From Octopus vulgaris (Eukaryota), in NCBI GenBank assembly GCA_951406725.2, contig OX597815.1, positions 164,548,001 to 164,612,000 of the forward strand: a DNA stretch of 64,000 nt. Direction: 5' to 3'. A program made the translations under genes and the position numbers. Positions 1 to 12,344 of this stretch are shown here, one piece after another (within the stretch, counting starts at the first letter, position 1; the number at the start of each line of letters is the position of its first letter). A model generated the notes under the pieces. The model ran no database searches, was not told the DNA's origin, and saw nothing but the letters and a program-made list of their open reading frames with translations.

Positions 1-488
1 ATTCTTGAAAAACTACACACTACTTTGGACCTGCATCCACTTGCATGTATTAAAAAACACAAAAATATCTGCAGCCTGTTTTGCTTAAAGGAACATATTT
101 GCCTGAGAAAATATGAAACATATGTAGACAATATTATATCAAAAGAGTCTTGAAGAAATGACTGCACTCCGAAGATAATCTGACAAAATCCTGCCTAAGA
201 ATTAGGTGAATTAAAATGACTTGCCTTTATTAACATAATGAGTATTTTATGAAAGCTTTATAAAGAGGGAAAACCAGAATAGAAAAACAATAAAATACTT
301 TGATAAAAAGTGAAACCTCAGGAATGTCTCGTTGAATACATATTCTATGAGAATGAAGCCACTGTGGTGGAGTAAAAATCACTTTATAAACAAAGAATGA
401 TAGTGGAAACTCTGAAAAACAGCCAGCATTACACAATCTTTATTTGAAATCTTTATCAGTTAGATTAACCCTGATTTCAACATAATCG

Positions 489-880
489 AACTGGCTGAAA
501 CGTTAGCACACCGGGCGAAATGTTTAACAGTATCTCATCTGTCTTGACGTTCTGAGTTCAAACCCCACCAAGGTCGACTTTGCCCTTCGTCCTTTCAAGA
601 GTGATTAATTAAGCACCAGTTGCATACTGGGATCGATATAATCGACTGGCCCCCATCCCCCAAAATTTCTGGCCTTGTGCCTCGAGTAGAAAAGAATTAT
701 TAGCACATCGAACAAAATATTTTGTGACATTTCTTCCGGCTTTACGTTCCGAGTTCAAATTCTGCCAAAACTGAGTTTGCCTTCCATTCTTTCGGGGTCG
801 AGAAAATAAGTACCAGTCGATTTAATCAACTCGCCCACCTCCTCGCAAATTTCATGCTTTGTACCTATAGTACAAAGAAT
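489..880 (+). mobile_element. Two tandem copies of tRNA-derived SINE family A
   Basis: B-box-like GAGTTCAAA, central GTCGACTTTGCC(C/T)TTC.TCCTTTC...AAG(T/C)ACCAG domain and GCCTTGTGCC..AGTAGAAAAG tail, shared with many copies in the window. Confidence 0.75.
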
Positions 881-1004
881 TCTTTAAATAGTTCGAAGGG
901 TAATGGTCATGTGAGTAGCGGTGTAGTTGATTATATATTAAAATTACCCACTTCCTCATAAATTTAAGGCACCATGAAAAAACTCGAAATCAATAAATAT
1001 TGAT

Positions 1005-1215
1005 TTCCAATTTTAGCACAAGGCCAGCGGTTTTGGGGATGGGCTAAGTTGATTAAATCAATTCCAGTGTTCACCTGGTACTTATTTTATCGACCCAGAG
1101 AGGATGTAAGGCAAAGTCGACCTCGGCAGAATTTAAGCTCAGAGCATAAAGACAGACGAAATACTGCTAAGCATTTCACCCGGTGTGCTAAAGTTTCTGT
1201 CAGCTCGCCACCTTA
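1005..1215 (-). mobile_element. SINE family A
   Basis: Reverse complement starts AAGGTGGCGAGCTGACAGAAAC and carries the family A central domain. Confidence 0.8.
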
Positions 1216-1309
1216 GAAATCAATAAATATTAAAACTCTTAAACTGAATCAATTATAATATTAAGCTTATTTTATTGAATTTTTAGTAAAATATAAAGTA
1301 ATTACTCAC

Positions 1310-1537
1310 CTTTTTCGTTTCGTCGATAAATGGGCAAATTAGTCTGAATGAAAATGTGCCCAAATGTTCTCTTTACAGGAAGTATTTGTTTTATATTAAT
1401 TGAATCATCAATCATGTTACTACACAACTGAGTTCCTTCAATGACACGTTGTGGTCTATATCCATTAATATTCAAAATCACTTCATCATTCAGGCATTCA
1501 TTTCCTTCAACACTGATGTTGAATAAAACTTGGTTTT
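1310..1537 (-). CDS. Exon 3 of C3-like/TEP gene (end of MG1, MG1/MG2 junction)
   Basis: Acceptor gtacttttttAG (1539-1538), donor AAG|GTGAGT (1309-1304). 228 nt, phase 1-1, open. Ends ...ILPVKRTFGHIFIQTNLPIYRRNEK, resembling the C3/C4/C5 signature G[YH][IL]FIQTDK.IY.PG..V. The gene continues beyond the left edge of the window. Confidence 0.82.
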
Positions 1538-2119
1538 CTAAAAAAGTACATGAATACAACACTTAAAGAGTTTAAAACTTCAGACAATGAAAAATAAGAA
1601 AATATCTATAACAACTAGAAAATATACAATGTATAAGAATAAGACCAGTCGGAACTGGAAGCATTTGTAAATGGGGTTACTGGGTTCCCTTAAATTTAAT
1701 TTAAAATTACATATAATTAACCCATAGCTGTCGGGGTCCCAGCAACTGATTAATTAGAAGTTAGTTCTAAATGTGGAAATAAACAGACCCGGGTTAAATC
1801 ACGGGTGGCTGCCTGACAAGGTCAAGTATCCGGTAACCACCCAAGCCATGGTTATGTTGAAATCATAGGATGTAGCGCGGTGGATGTGAACTATTTCTGC
1901 AGATAAACTTATTAAGTCAATGGCGAATATCACTAGATGCTAAGTAGATGAACCGTCAATAGACTGTCAAAGGCTAGGATCAACCAGTTCAGTTAATGAA
2001 CTACTGCTATCATTTGAAGCTGTGACATGTGCACATCAGACATTCAGCGATCGAATGACCAACGAGGCTTATCAGGGCAAGTCCCCTGACCAGATGATGA
2101 TCATGAAAGTTATACACAC

Positions 2120-2309
2120 AGGCATGGGCGTGGCTGTTTAGGTGCACGCGTGGCCATGTGGTAAGAAGCTTGCTTCCCAATTACATAGATCTGAATCCAG
2201 TCTCACTGGGTGCTACATTGGGCAAGTGTCTTGCACTCTAGCCTCAGGTTGACTAAAGCCTTGTAAGTGGATTTTTGGCAGACGGAAAATGAAAGAATCC
2301 TGTCGTATA

Positions 2310-2357
<48 letters not shown>

Positions 2358-2530
2358 TGTGTGCGTGCCCCCCTCCACCTCTTGACAATTGGTGTTGGTG
2401 TGTTCATATTCCCGTAGCTAAAAAATATAAAAGTACTGGGGTCGATACATTCGACTAAAAATTCAAAGCAGTGCCCCAGCATGGCCGGTCACAGTCTAAT
2501 GACTCAAACAAGCAAAACATAAAAGATGAA
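2120..2530 (+). mobile_element. SINE family B (CORE-like, internal (GT)n)
   Basis: Head GCGTGGCCATGTGGTAAGAAGCTTGC, TTGGGCAAGTG core, (GT)n tract, AGCATGGCC..ATGACT.AAACAAG tail. Confidence 0.75.
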
Positions 2531-2615
2531 AGATCACCAATGACTTTGGTGACCGATGAATCTGAAAAAGAACTCATTTGTTTCCTTCTTTCGTATTCTT
2601 TTAGAATATAGATTA

Positions 2616-3128
2616 CTAGCAGTATCGCCCGGCGTTGCTCGGGCTTGTAAGGGAAATAACTATATAAGCATTTTTAGAGAGTTACTTCCCTTATAGATGC
2701 CAATTCGGGCTTTCTTAGCCATTTCAGTTTTGGAGTCTTCAAGCCATGAAGTCGTTGTTCTAAAAGAACGCTGGTCTCCTTGACAACGGTTTACGACGTT
2801 GATTTCCTTACACTCCCTTCCCCACAGCTTCACGAGGGAAGGAAGAAGGAGGAGAAGCAAACAGGTGCAGGTGTGACCATGGACGCCAACTCCGCCGCCA
2901 TCGACACACGAAAAATTATGCATTAAAATGGAATAAAAAATTATGTTAAATTATTTTTTAAATCGTAGACTCATCGTAGACGCACGCTAATACTCAGACG
3001 GGCTCGATATGAATCACGACTATAAGATACCCGAATTTGGTTAAACTGCACCGCAAAATGTGGGAGTAGTTAGGAATCTAAATCGAAGGGGACAGACACT
3101 CACACAACTACAGTTTTATATATATAGA
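2616..3128 (-). mobile_element. Non-autonomous Helitron
   Basis: Minus strand begins TCTATATATATAAAAC and ends with hairpin CCCGAGCAACGCCGGG then CTAG. Inserted between host A and T with no TSD. Confidence 0.85.
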
Positions 3129-3158
3129 TATGGAAATATTTTCTGAAAATGTACTTAC

Positions 3159-3316
3159 CCTCAAATACTTTCACATATTTCTTCAGTACTTGCTCGGTGT
3201 TAACATCAAGTAACTCTATTCGCACACATAAGTTATAATAGTCGAAGATTTGCAGCAGGACCGATTCATTTTCATCGCATCGGAAAACTTTTGGCATGAA
3301 AATCATATATTCGGTG
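3159..3316 (-). CDS. Exon 2 of C3-like/TEP gene (start of MG1 domain)
   Basis: Acceptor ttctttccggaaaatAG (3318-3317), donor G|GTAAGT (3158-3153). Encodes TEYMIFMPKVFRCDENESVLLQIFDYYNLCVRIELLDVNTEQVLKKYVKVFE, fitting the Y-x-I-x-x-P-x-V-x-R-x4-E-x-V pattern at the start of C3/A2M MG1. Ends in phase 1. Confidence 0.8.
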
Positions 3317-3494
3317 CTATTTTCCGGAAAGAATACATTCAGACATTAGAAATTTCAAAGAAGGCATTTATAAATACAAAGATATTTATATGAAAACAAT
3401 AACGGTATATGGATTTACAATGATCACATATTCTTACAATATATAAATATCACCTCATTTATATTTTTAAAAAAGTAAATCCTTTGTATATTAT

Positions 3495-3708
3495 TTTCTA
3501 CTCAAGGCACAAGGTCCGAAATTTTGGAGGAGGGGTCCAGTCGATTAGATTGACCACAGTACGCAACTGGTACTTAATCTATCGATCCCGAAAGAATGGA
3601 AGGCATAGTCGACCTCGACAGAATTTGAACTCAGAACGTAAAATCAGACGAAATACTGCTAGGCATTTCGCTCGGTGTGCTAACATTTCTGACAGCTCGC
3701 CGCCTTAA
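3495..3708 (-). mobile_element. SINE family A
   Basis: Reverse complement starts AAGGCGGCGAGCTGTCAGAA; full-length match to the other family A copies. Confidence 0.85.
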
Positions 3709-3785
3709 ATCCTTTGTATATTGACGTGTATTGCATTTATGCTGAATGTAGAATATAGAAATGCGCACCATTTTCAGTTGTAATA

Positions 3786-5112
3786 CGAATTGTTGTCAAA
3801 AGGTTCCAGACTAGTTATGTTTAATAAAAAATAACTTATTTATCTAAGTTTTTATATCGTCTCCTTCGAAACAGTCACGATGCACAGCAATACACCGGTC
3901 CCAGTGTTCCTGCTACTTTTGGAAACCGGCCTGAAAGTCGTTTTCTGTTAGCGAGTTGAGGACCTTCTGCAATTTGCTCTGGATCTCGACAATGGTGTTA
4001 AAACGGTGTTAAATCGGCAACCTTTGAGCTGCCTTTTCATCTTGGGGAAGAGATGGAAGTCTGCAGGTACTAAATCTAGTGAATAGGACGGGTGCGGAAG
4101 CAACAGCATGTTGTTTTTGGCAAGAAACTCACGAGTGCGGAGAGGTGGGTGACAGGGTGCGTTGTCATTGTGAAGAATCCAATTCTTCGAGCTCCACAGA
4201 TCTGGTTGCTTTTGGCTGATGTCCTCTCTCAAACGCTTTAAAATGTCGCAGAACTCTCAATTGACAATCTGGCTCTGGGAGACGAATTCTCGATGCACAA
4301 TAATGCGGATGTCGAAAAGCACGATGAGCATGCTCTTGATTGAACTAAGGTTTTGTTGTGCCTTCTCCAGTCATGAAGATGAAGGGCACTTCCATTGTGA
4401 TGACTACTGCTTTGTATCAGGGTCGTACCCATAAACCCAACTCTCGTCACCGGTGACGGTCTTCAACATGAAGGATGGTCGTCAGCGACACACTGATGGA
4501 GATCTTGACAGACTTCGGCGCAATGTTCTTTCTGCTCAGAGGTCAGCAGGCAAGGGATAAATTTGGCAGAGACACGCTTCGTGTTCAATTCAGACGATAG
4601 GATTGCTTACACAGACCAATATGACAGACCAACAATATCAGCAATGTCGCTGATTGTCCTTTAATGATCCTCATTTACAAGCTGATGAATTTTCTTCACA
4701 TTTCCGGGGATGACGCTCGTGGCAGCTCTTCCAGATCGCTCATCGTCTCCCAGAGACATTCTTCCGCTTTTGAAGCATCTGTGCCATTTGAAACATTTTA
4801 TAAGACTCATTGCCCTGTTGCCATAAGCTTGCCGAAGCATGCTCAATGTCTTTGTAGAAGACTTCCCAAGTTCAATGCAAGATTCCACGTTGGCTCTGTG
4901 TTCAAACTTCCTGTCCATGACGAAATTGCAGACTACAGCATACACGTGGTCACAAAATCAGAAATTTCACAACTTGCAAAGTAAACACAGCGATTTCATT
5001 CGGCAAACTGCTTCATGGAGGTCACTGCCAGCTCTCCTTGCGCACACAACTGTGTGATGCCATCTATAGGTGCGCTACAGAATTAGTCCAGCGACTTTTT
5101 GATACAACCTTG
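3786..5112 (-). mobile_element. Decayed mariner (DD34D) transposon
   Basis: TA-flanked imperfect TIRs. Frameshifted transposase: HTH region (4661-4921), VTGDESW, HNDNAPCH, HPSYSLDLVPADFHLFPKMK. Confidence 0.9.
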
Positions 5113-5211
5113 TATTTTGGTTCAGAGAAATAGCTTTTGGTGAAGTAGAAGAGGTTAGAAAGGGTCAAGTAGTGAAAACATTATTTCGGCCTAGCTAAAT
5201 GCATCTGGAAA

Positions 5212-5473
5212 ATGTAAAACCGGTGTCAGAGAAAAACCATTTTTGTGGGAAAAGTTCTGTTGCAGTGTTAATTTAAATTTCGCTATGGCGGATCGAATCC
5301 ACTTCATGCATGCAAGGTTCACTACATATACATATATATACATATATATATATATACATATATGTAGTGAACCTTGCATGCATGAAGTGGGATTCGATCC
5401 GCCATAGCGAAATTTAAATTAACACTGCAACAGAACTTTTCCCACAGCAATGGTTTTTCTGTGACAGCGGTTT

Positions 5474-5478
<5 letters not shown>
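5212..5478. repeat. Long inverted repeat around a (TA)n loop
   Basis: 5212-5330 and 5359-5478 are near-perfect reverse complements; the right arm is embedded in a TA microsatellite. Confidence 0.9.
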
Positions 5479-5546
<68 letters not shown>

Positions 5547-6209
5547 TGGACAACTAGTGTCGGTTCGTTTATCCCCTCGTAACTCTGCGGTTCGGCAGAA
5601 AAGACCGATAGAATAAGTACCAGGCTAAAAATAATAACAAGTACAGCGGTTAATTTGCTCGACCAGATTCGTTAAAACGAAACCTCAGTATGGCTGCAGT
5701 CTAGTAACTGAAACAAGTAAGCGATATAAGATTTCAGTAAACTGAAAAATTGACAAATCCAAGAATTCTTTGAGCTCTTTTTGTGGCTTTGCAAATTTGA
5801 GCTTTAAATTTGTAATTGATACGTTCTCTTGAGGAATGTTCCATCCTATAATTCGTGTCCCCTCTTAAAGAACAGCTGCTAATCTACGTTCATGTTTGAA
5901 ACAGTCCTGTAATTGGGTACTTCCAATTCTAGCTATATTATTGCGTTTTTACAGGAACGGATATTCGTAAAGCTATGCGCCTCTGAGATGAAGCTGGTAA
6001 AAACAATTCTTGTACGACTTCCTGTTGCGAATCAGATGGTGCTACGTTTTAAATATAATCTTGATGTTATTACAATGTTTTTTGTGAAACCATCCCACTC
6101 TTTGACTTTGTCTTGTAGCTTATAAGATCATTTCTGAGGTTGTAAATAAATGACGGAGAAGAGACCAAATTATTATCGTCCTAACGAAGCTCTCAGCATT
6201 TTCTTCAAG

Positions 6210-6912
6210 AGAATTCCTACAAATGTGCACTTTCAGAAAAATGGATATTTGTAAATGAAATTTTCTACAAGTATACTTCAGATAATGTAGATTCTCATTA
6301 TATCGGAATATGTAGTGAAAAAAGTTTTCCGAGGTTGGGGCGAGGAATTTCACATGAGACAACTTTCACATGTGACAACTTTCTGATGTGACAACTTTTT
6401 TACTCATTACTTTCAGAAAAATGGGTAATTTTTAATGAAGTTTTCTATAAATACCTTTCAGATTGGGTAGATTACGATTATATCGGAATTTAATATGAAA
6501 AAAATTGTGGACTCGTACACATACATAGTAATACAAGTCATACAAAATGAAACTTGAAATTTCGAAAAAAAATTGTGATGCGTGTCAGTATGTATGTGTG
6601 TGTGTTCACTATTTTACGTTTCACATCAAATTCCGATGTAATTCTAATCTATACAATCTGAAAAGTATTTGTAGAAAATTTCATGAAAAAATGCCAATTT
6701 TTCTGAAAGTTATGGGGCAAGAAAGCCAACCTGTGTGAATTATCTGAAACTCCTATTCCCACCCACAGAAAATCTTTTCCACAATAAATTCCGATGTAAT
6801 CAGAATGTACACCATCCTAAGCGTATTCGTAGAAAATTTCATTAAAAAACATCCATTTTTCTGGAAGTGATGAGGAAGCAAAGTCGATGGGGTACACATC
6901 TGTAGGAATGCC
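6210..6912. mobile_element. Foldback-type non-autonomous DNA transposon, 9-bp TSD (MULE- or Merlin-like)
   Basis: TSD TTCTTCAAG at 6201-6209 and 6913-6921. Ends ..ATTCCTACA.ATGTG / CACATCTGTAGGAATGCC. Two direct plus two inverted internal ~110-bp subrepeats. Confidence 0.75.
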
Positions 6913-7433
6913 TTCTTCAAGTTTTCTGTAGGAAGTTGGTGATAAGGATTTGATAAAAAAATCCTCTACGACTAATATTACTCATTACTCCTTTCAATCA
7001 TTGGACTGTGACTATACTGTGGTACTCCCTTGGAAGATTTAGTCCAAGAAATTGACTGTTATACATTTGTTTCTAAGTCTGAGGAAAAAATTTGACAAGA
7101 CAGTCAGTCGCCGCTACATTCGTTGACGCTACATCGAAGAGGCCAGGGAACAGAAGAAAGAAGAAGAAAGAAGACATGCACCCAACACCAGAGCTGAAGA
7201 CACCTCCGAAAGTGGGGGGGGGGCTCCACGTCAAAACGGTAGAGTAGGGGCCGAAACCGGACGTGGTTCCTCCTGATGATGTCTTGAGCTAACTGGATCC
7301 TATAAAGGAGCTGTCGAGGTAGCAGACCACGAAACACGGTTGAAATTCCTCAAAACATTCCGGTTGTCAAGAAGTGTGAGACATACTAACACAAAGCTGC
7401 ATACAAAAACACACATGCATACATACTTATATA

Positions 7434-7533
<100 letters not shown>

Positions 7534-7725
7534 GATTTATGTCGGATGAATAAAGTGTGCACAACACATGGCGGCTTTTCTTCAATAAAACTTAAATTGA
7601 TAGTCCTTATCACAACTCGAGTTTTAGTTTCAGTAGGCCATTTTCCTATAAACCTTTATTTCTTATTACTTTTTTTTATTCTTTCGTTCTTCAATAACAA
7701 ATTATTGAAACTGAAACTCGAGTTC

Positions 7726-7764
<39 letters not shown>

Positions 7765-7789
7765 GGGGGGGGCTCTCTTAACTCAGAGA

Positions 7790-8690
7790 AGACCTTGCTG
7801 GAAAGCACTCGGCATACAAAAAGAAAAGACTATACATGGGTATGTTGCCGAAAGCTTGAAGAAAACAGTAGAATTGACACAAAGTGCAGCCTCTTTTGGA
7901 CACAAGATCACTACATCACATCACACTTTGAAGGCTATGCATTTGCAATTCGGGAACAAGAGATTACCACAAAGTACCTGGTGAACAAGAGAGACAGCGA
8001 CAGTCTTGTAATCCCAAGGTGCAACCGCATGTGTAGGCTATGTCATGTTTCTGTAGAAAAGATCACGCATGTAATTAGCAGCTGTCCTAAAATGTCGTCA
8101 CGGTACTACCTCCCTATGCGCGCATTGTTGTTGCTGAAACAATTTACAATACAATCCGCAAAAAAAGACTGTCCTGAAATAAACTTTAGAAAATCCTTCA
8201 TAAACACCAACTCAAGGAATACTGGTAGGATATTCCCATCAAAGCTTCTGTCAAATGTAAGCATAATAGGCCGTATATTGTTTAGGACGGAGGGGCAAAG
8301 GCATGTACCATCATAGAGGTCAGCTGTCCTGCAGATATAAATATCTCTTTGAAACTCAAAGAAAAAAGAGGATATCTATGGACAACTGCTTCGAAATCTC
8401 CAGCTTCTATATCCAGACTATGAATTCATATTCATACCAATAATAATTGGAGCACTAAGTTTTGTTAGTAAATGCTTAAAGGAGAATCTGAATCAACTGG
8501 GATTTTCAGAAAGAGAAATCGATTGGCTAATTCGTACAAGTGCAATCTGTGAGTGAAACAGTAAAAATATGCAAGACTTTTTCTCAAGTTCCAAATGTGA
8601 ATGTGTCTGTGTTAACTATATCCTAAAGATGGAGCCTTGTATCTTTGTTGGAAACCGGCTTACTCCTCAGTGGATAATTTATAATGATTA
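7790..8690 (+). mobile_element. 3' fragment of RLE-type non-LTR retrotransposon (R4/Dong-like)
   Basis: HFEGYAFAIREQEITTKYL, zinc knuckle CRLC..EKITHVISSC, then endonuclease region IIEVSCPAD and FIPIIIGAL; frameshifted. Confidence 0.8.
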
Positions 8691-8845
8691 AAAAAATAGA
8701 AGAGACATACACACACTACTGCAAAGTATAGAGTAATCTTTCAGATTAATATTAAATTGCTTTTAAATTAAACTCGACATAAAAACAAACATTAATTTCG
8801 ATGCGTGTATGTCTGCGTGTGTACGCATGTATCTGTATACAAATG

Positions 8846-8932
<87 letters not shown>

Positions 8933-9119
8933 ATGTATGTATGTATGTTATCTTTATCTTTTTAATTTAGAGTAAATTTTGATCGGCAACCTACTTGATA
9001 GCAATGTTGTGAAGGAAAGCATCTTGTTTTAACCACCATCCTTTAAATCTTAAGCTCTTACAGATTCTTTTAGTCCCATACATCGCGATCATTTGTAGCG
9101 TTGAATTAAGAATTTGCGT

Positions 9120-9718
9120 TCTCTCCACAAGGTCCCAAGTTCAGCCAAACTTTGCTCCAGACGTGTTGCTATGTATCCTGTTGCATGCCACATGGGAAGA
9201 TATCTTGAAGACATTCTCTCATAGTTAGCAATCATGTGGTTGATGTCTTCAGTCTTGGTCTAGCACGACCTACATTTGTTGTCTGTCAAAGTTTTCTGCC
9301 TTTTATGCTGTAAGTACTTGGTGACGATCTCTCGTTCTTGGATTCCATGGATGTAGACTACGAAGTGGGATGGCATAAACTTGTCGGTACTCCATGCCAA
9401 GCTTTTGACATGATCAGTTCCTTCTATGGTTTGTGTTTTTCGTATCAGGTACTTATGTACTATCTTCTCAGCAAACTGGTACATTTTCTTTTATTTATTC
9501 TGTTGTTCTGATAAATAGATTTTACCAATGCTCCGTGGGGAGAGAGCTGTATTAGCTTTTACTTCGTACCTTTCCTCAAGTTCATGAACCATCCTAGTTA
9601 TGTTCTTAGTTTCATGTTCACAGACTTGGACAAGATAGTTACGAGTTTTTTTTCCCTCTACTGTTGTTTCAGTATCACAACACGTGCTTGAAATGACATC
9701 AATGTAGATTTGAGACCA
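9120..9718 (-). mobile_element. RLE-type LINE fragment
   Basis: SHFVVYIHGIQEREIVTKYL...DNKCRSC, homologous to the 7790-8690 fragment. Confidence 0.7.
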
Positions 9719-9828
<110 letters not shown>

Positions 9829-10280
9829 CGTGTGTGTGTGTATCTGTCTGTCTGTCTGTCTGTGTCTGTCACCCACCACCGTTTGAAAACTGTTGGTTTG
9901 ATTACGCTGTAACTTAGCAGTTCGGCAAAAAAGGCTACTAGAATAAGTACCAGGCTTTAAGTACTGGAGTCGATTTGTTCGACTAAACCCTTCAAGTCGG
10001 TGCCCCACCATGGCTGCAATCCAATGACTGAAACAAGTAAAAGATAGCAGACAGTCTTGAGTTATTCTATTTTCATCTACATTACTATGTTTTGGATAGT
10101 TTTCCATTGGAAACTTTGGGATTTTGTTTAAAAAACGCTATTTTTGTTTCTTTTTTACTTTTGCTTCTTCTTTCTTTTTCTTTTTGATCAGCACCTTTTG
10201 TCCAGTTTATAGGGAATTCGTGGCCAAGTAGAAATCTTCCTTGGTCCATAGGAAGATTTTCTATTAATTTTAATAACTTA

Positions 10281-10805
<525 letters not shown>

Positions 10806-11499
10806 GAACTACCTCTTCCCATAGATTATCATCTTCCTCAAATTCACATTTCGTTTTTGCTACGTATTTTTTGCAGGTATGATACATTTGGATTTTATTA
10901 ATTCCACTTGCTTATTTTGCTTGTGCCAGGTATTTCTTCAGGAATTAATGGTCTGGCTGTTTATAGATTCAATGCTTTTTTTATATTTTTCATCTTTGTT
11001 GTTGTTTGTATTCTATTCATTGAATTTTCATTATGCAAATATTCTATTTCTATATTTGATATATTTAGGATTTTAACTATATATCTTTCTAAATAAACCG
11101 TTTTCTGAAAGCGGAAGTGTTTCGAAGAGAACATTCCTTTGACGGGTGTTGCTGATATAAACCAGCAAGACACTAATCTTCAAGAGACAGAACATGAGAG
11201 CATGATGTTCTCCTTGATTATCAGAGACCAAAGAATATAATAGCTAGACTTATAGAGTATACAGCACTATAAAGTATACACCCTCAAAACTTGATATATT
11301 CCATATTTATCTTCAAGTGTGTTGAAATCTAAATTTATTTCTATTTCATGTCTCTTCTTTTTTTTTTTTTTTCCTCAACGAATGTTTTATAAATACATTT
11401 TGTGGTAGTTCCATTTTTGGTGTTGAAAGTTTAATTGTAAAATATGCACGTAGACAAAAGCATAGCTGTATGGTTAAGAAGTTCGCCTTGCAACCATGT

Positions 11500-11809
11500 T
11501 GTTTGTTTGTTTGTTCCTTCTCTAGCCATGCCTGGCTCATAAGGGCCGGTTTCCTGGTTTCCTTGGCGTATAAGTTCCCCATCTGGACGGGACGCCGGTC
11601 CGTCGCAGGTGAGCTGCAAGATGCAGGAGGAAAGAGTGAGAGAAAGTTGTGGCGAGAGAGTCAGCAGAAGTTCGTCATTACCTTCTGCCGGAGCCACGTG
11701 GAGCTTAAGTGTTTCACTCATAAACACATACATCGCCCGGTCTGAGATTTGAACCCGCGATCCCTCGACCGCGAGTCCGCTACTCTAACCACTAGTCCAT
11801 GTGCCTCCA
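11500..11809 (-). mobile_element. tRNA-derived SINE family C (tail type 1) nested in a family B SINE
   Basis: Minus strand TGGAGGCACATGGACTAGTGGTTAGAG (A box)...GGTTCAAATC (B box), (AAAC)n tail. 13-bp TSD CTTGCAACCATGT at 11487-11499 and 11810-11822. Confidence 0.9.
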
Positions 11810-11946
11810 CTTGCAACCATGTGGTGTCTAGTTCAGTCCCATTGTTCAGTCAAGCGTCTTCCACTATAGCCCCAGGCCGACCAATGCCTTGTGAGTGTAT
11901 TTGGTAGGTGGAAGCTGTGTAGGAACCTGTCGTGTATATATATATA

Positions 11947-12257
11947 TAGACCTACTCCTCGACTTACGACCGAGTTCCGTTCCGACTGATAGATCGTAAG
12001 TCGATCTGGTCGTATGTAGGATTAATATTTTTCAACACTATTTTTATTCAAACGTAGCTGATGCTTGAAAGCGATAGCATGAGAGACAGTGGTAGCCAGT
12101 GGATACCTGGGTCTAAGGGCGGTTTGCGTTGCCAGATGCTGCCATAGTTATCGTACGCGCAGCTGCCCAACGTCCAAAATTTGCTTATTTATTTATTATG
12201 GTCGTAAGTGTGGATGACCGTAAGTCGCATAGGTGTTAAGTCGAGCAGAAGGTGTGT
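11947..12257. mobile_element. pogo/Tigger-like MITE
   Basis: Imperfect TIRs CTCGACTTACGACC / GGTGTTAAGTCGAG with repeated GTCGTAAGTCG subterminal motifs, in TA context. Confidence 0.6.
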
Positions 12258-12344
12258 GTGTGTGTATATATACTCTTTTACTTGTTTCAGTCATTTGACT
12301 GTGGCCACGCTGGAGCACCGCCTTTAGTCGAGCAAATCGACCCC

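Noticed and set aside
230-436. Minus-strand ORF with a tttttcAG acceptor near 411 as possible exon 4 of the C3-like gene
   Set aside because: The phase-1 continuation (EFPLSFFVYKV...) lacks the expected V-x-[FY]-R-[IV] start of MG2 and has no convincing donor.
3323-3326. Alternative exon 2 acceptor at ttctttccGG as a mutated CAG (pseudogene signal)
   Set aside because: The AG at 3318-3317 is canonical and gives the phase 2 required by exon 1.
7190-7345. CTGAAGA..GAAAC and CTGATGA..GAAAC cores suggesting two hammerheads
   Set aside because: I could not form clean stems I and II around either core; at most a degenerate Penelope-type repeat.
11720-11810. tRNA gene-like sequence (also 30700-30783)
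   Set aside because: These are SINE heads with bodies, tails and TSDs, without a complete cloverleaf.
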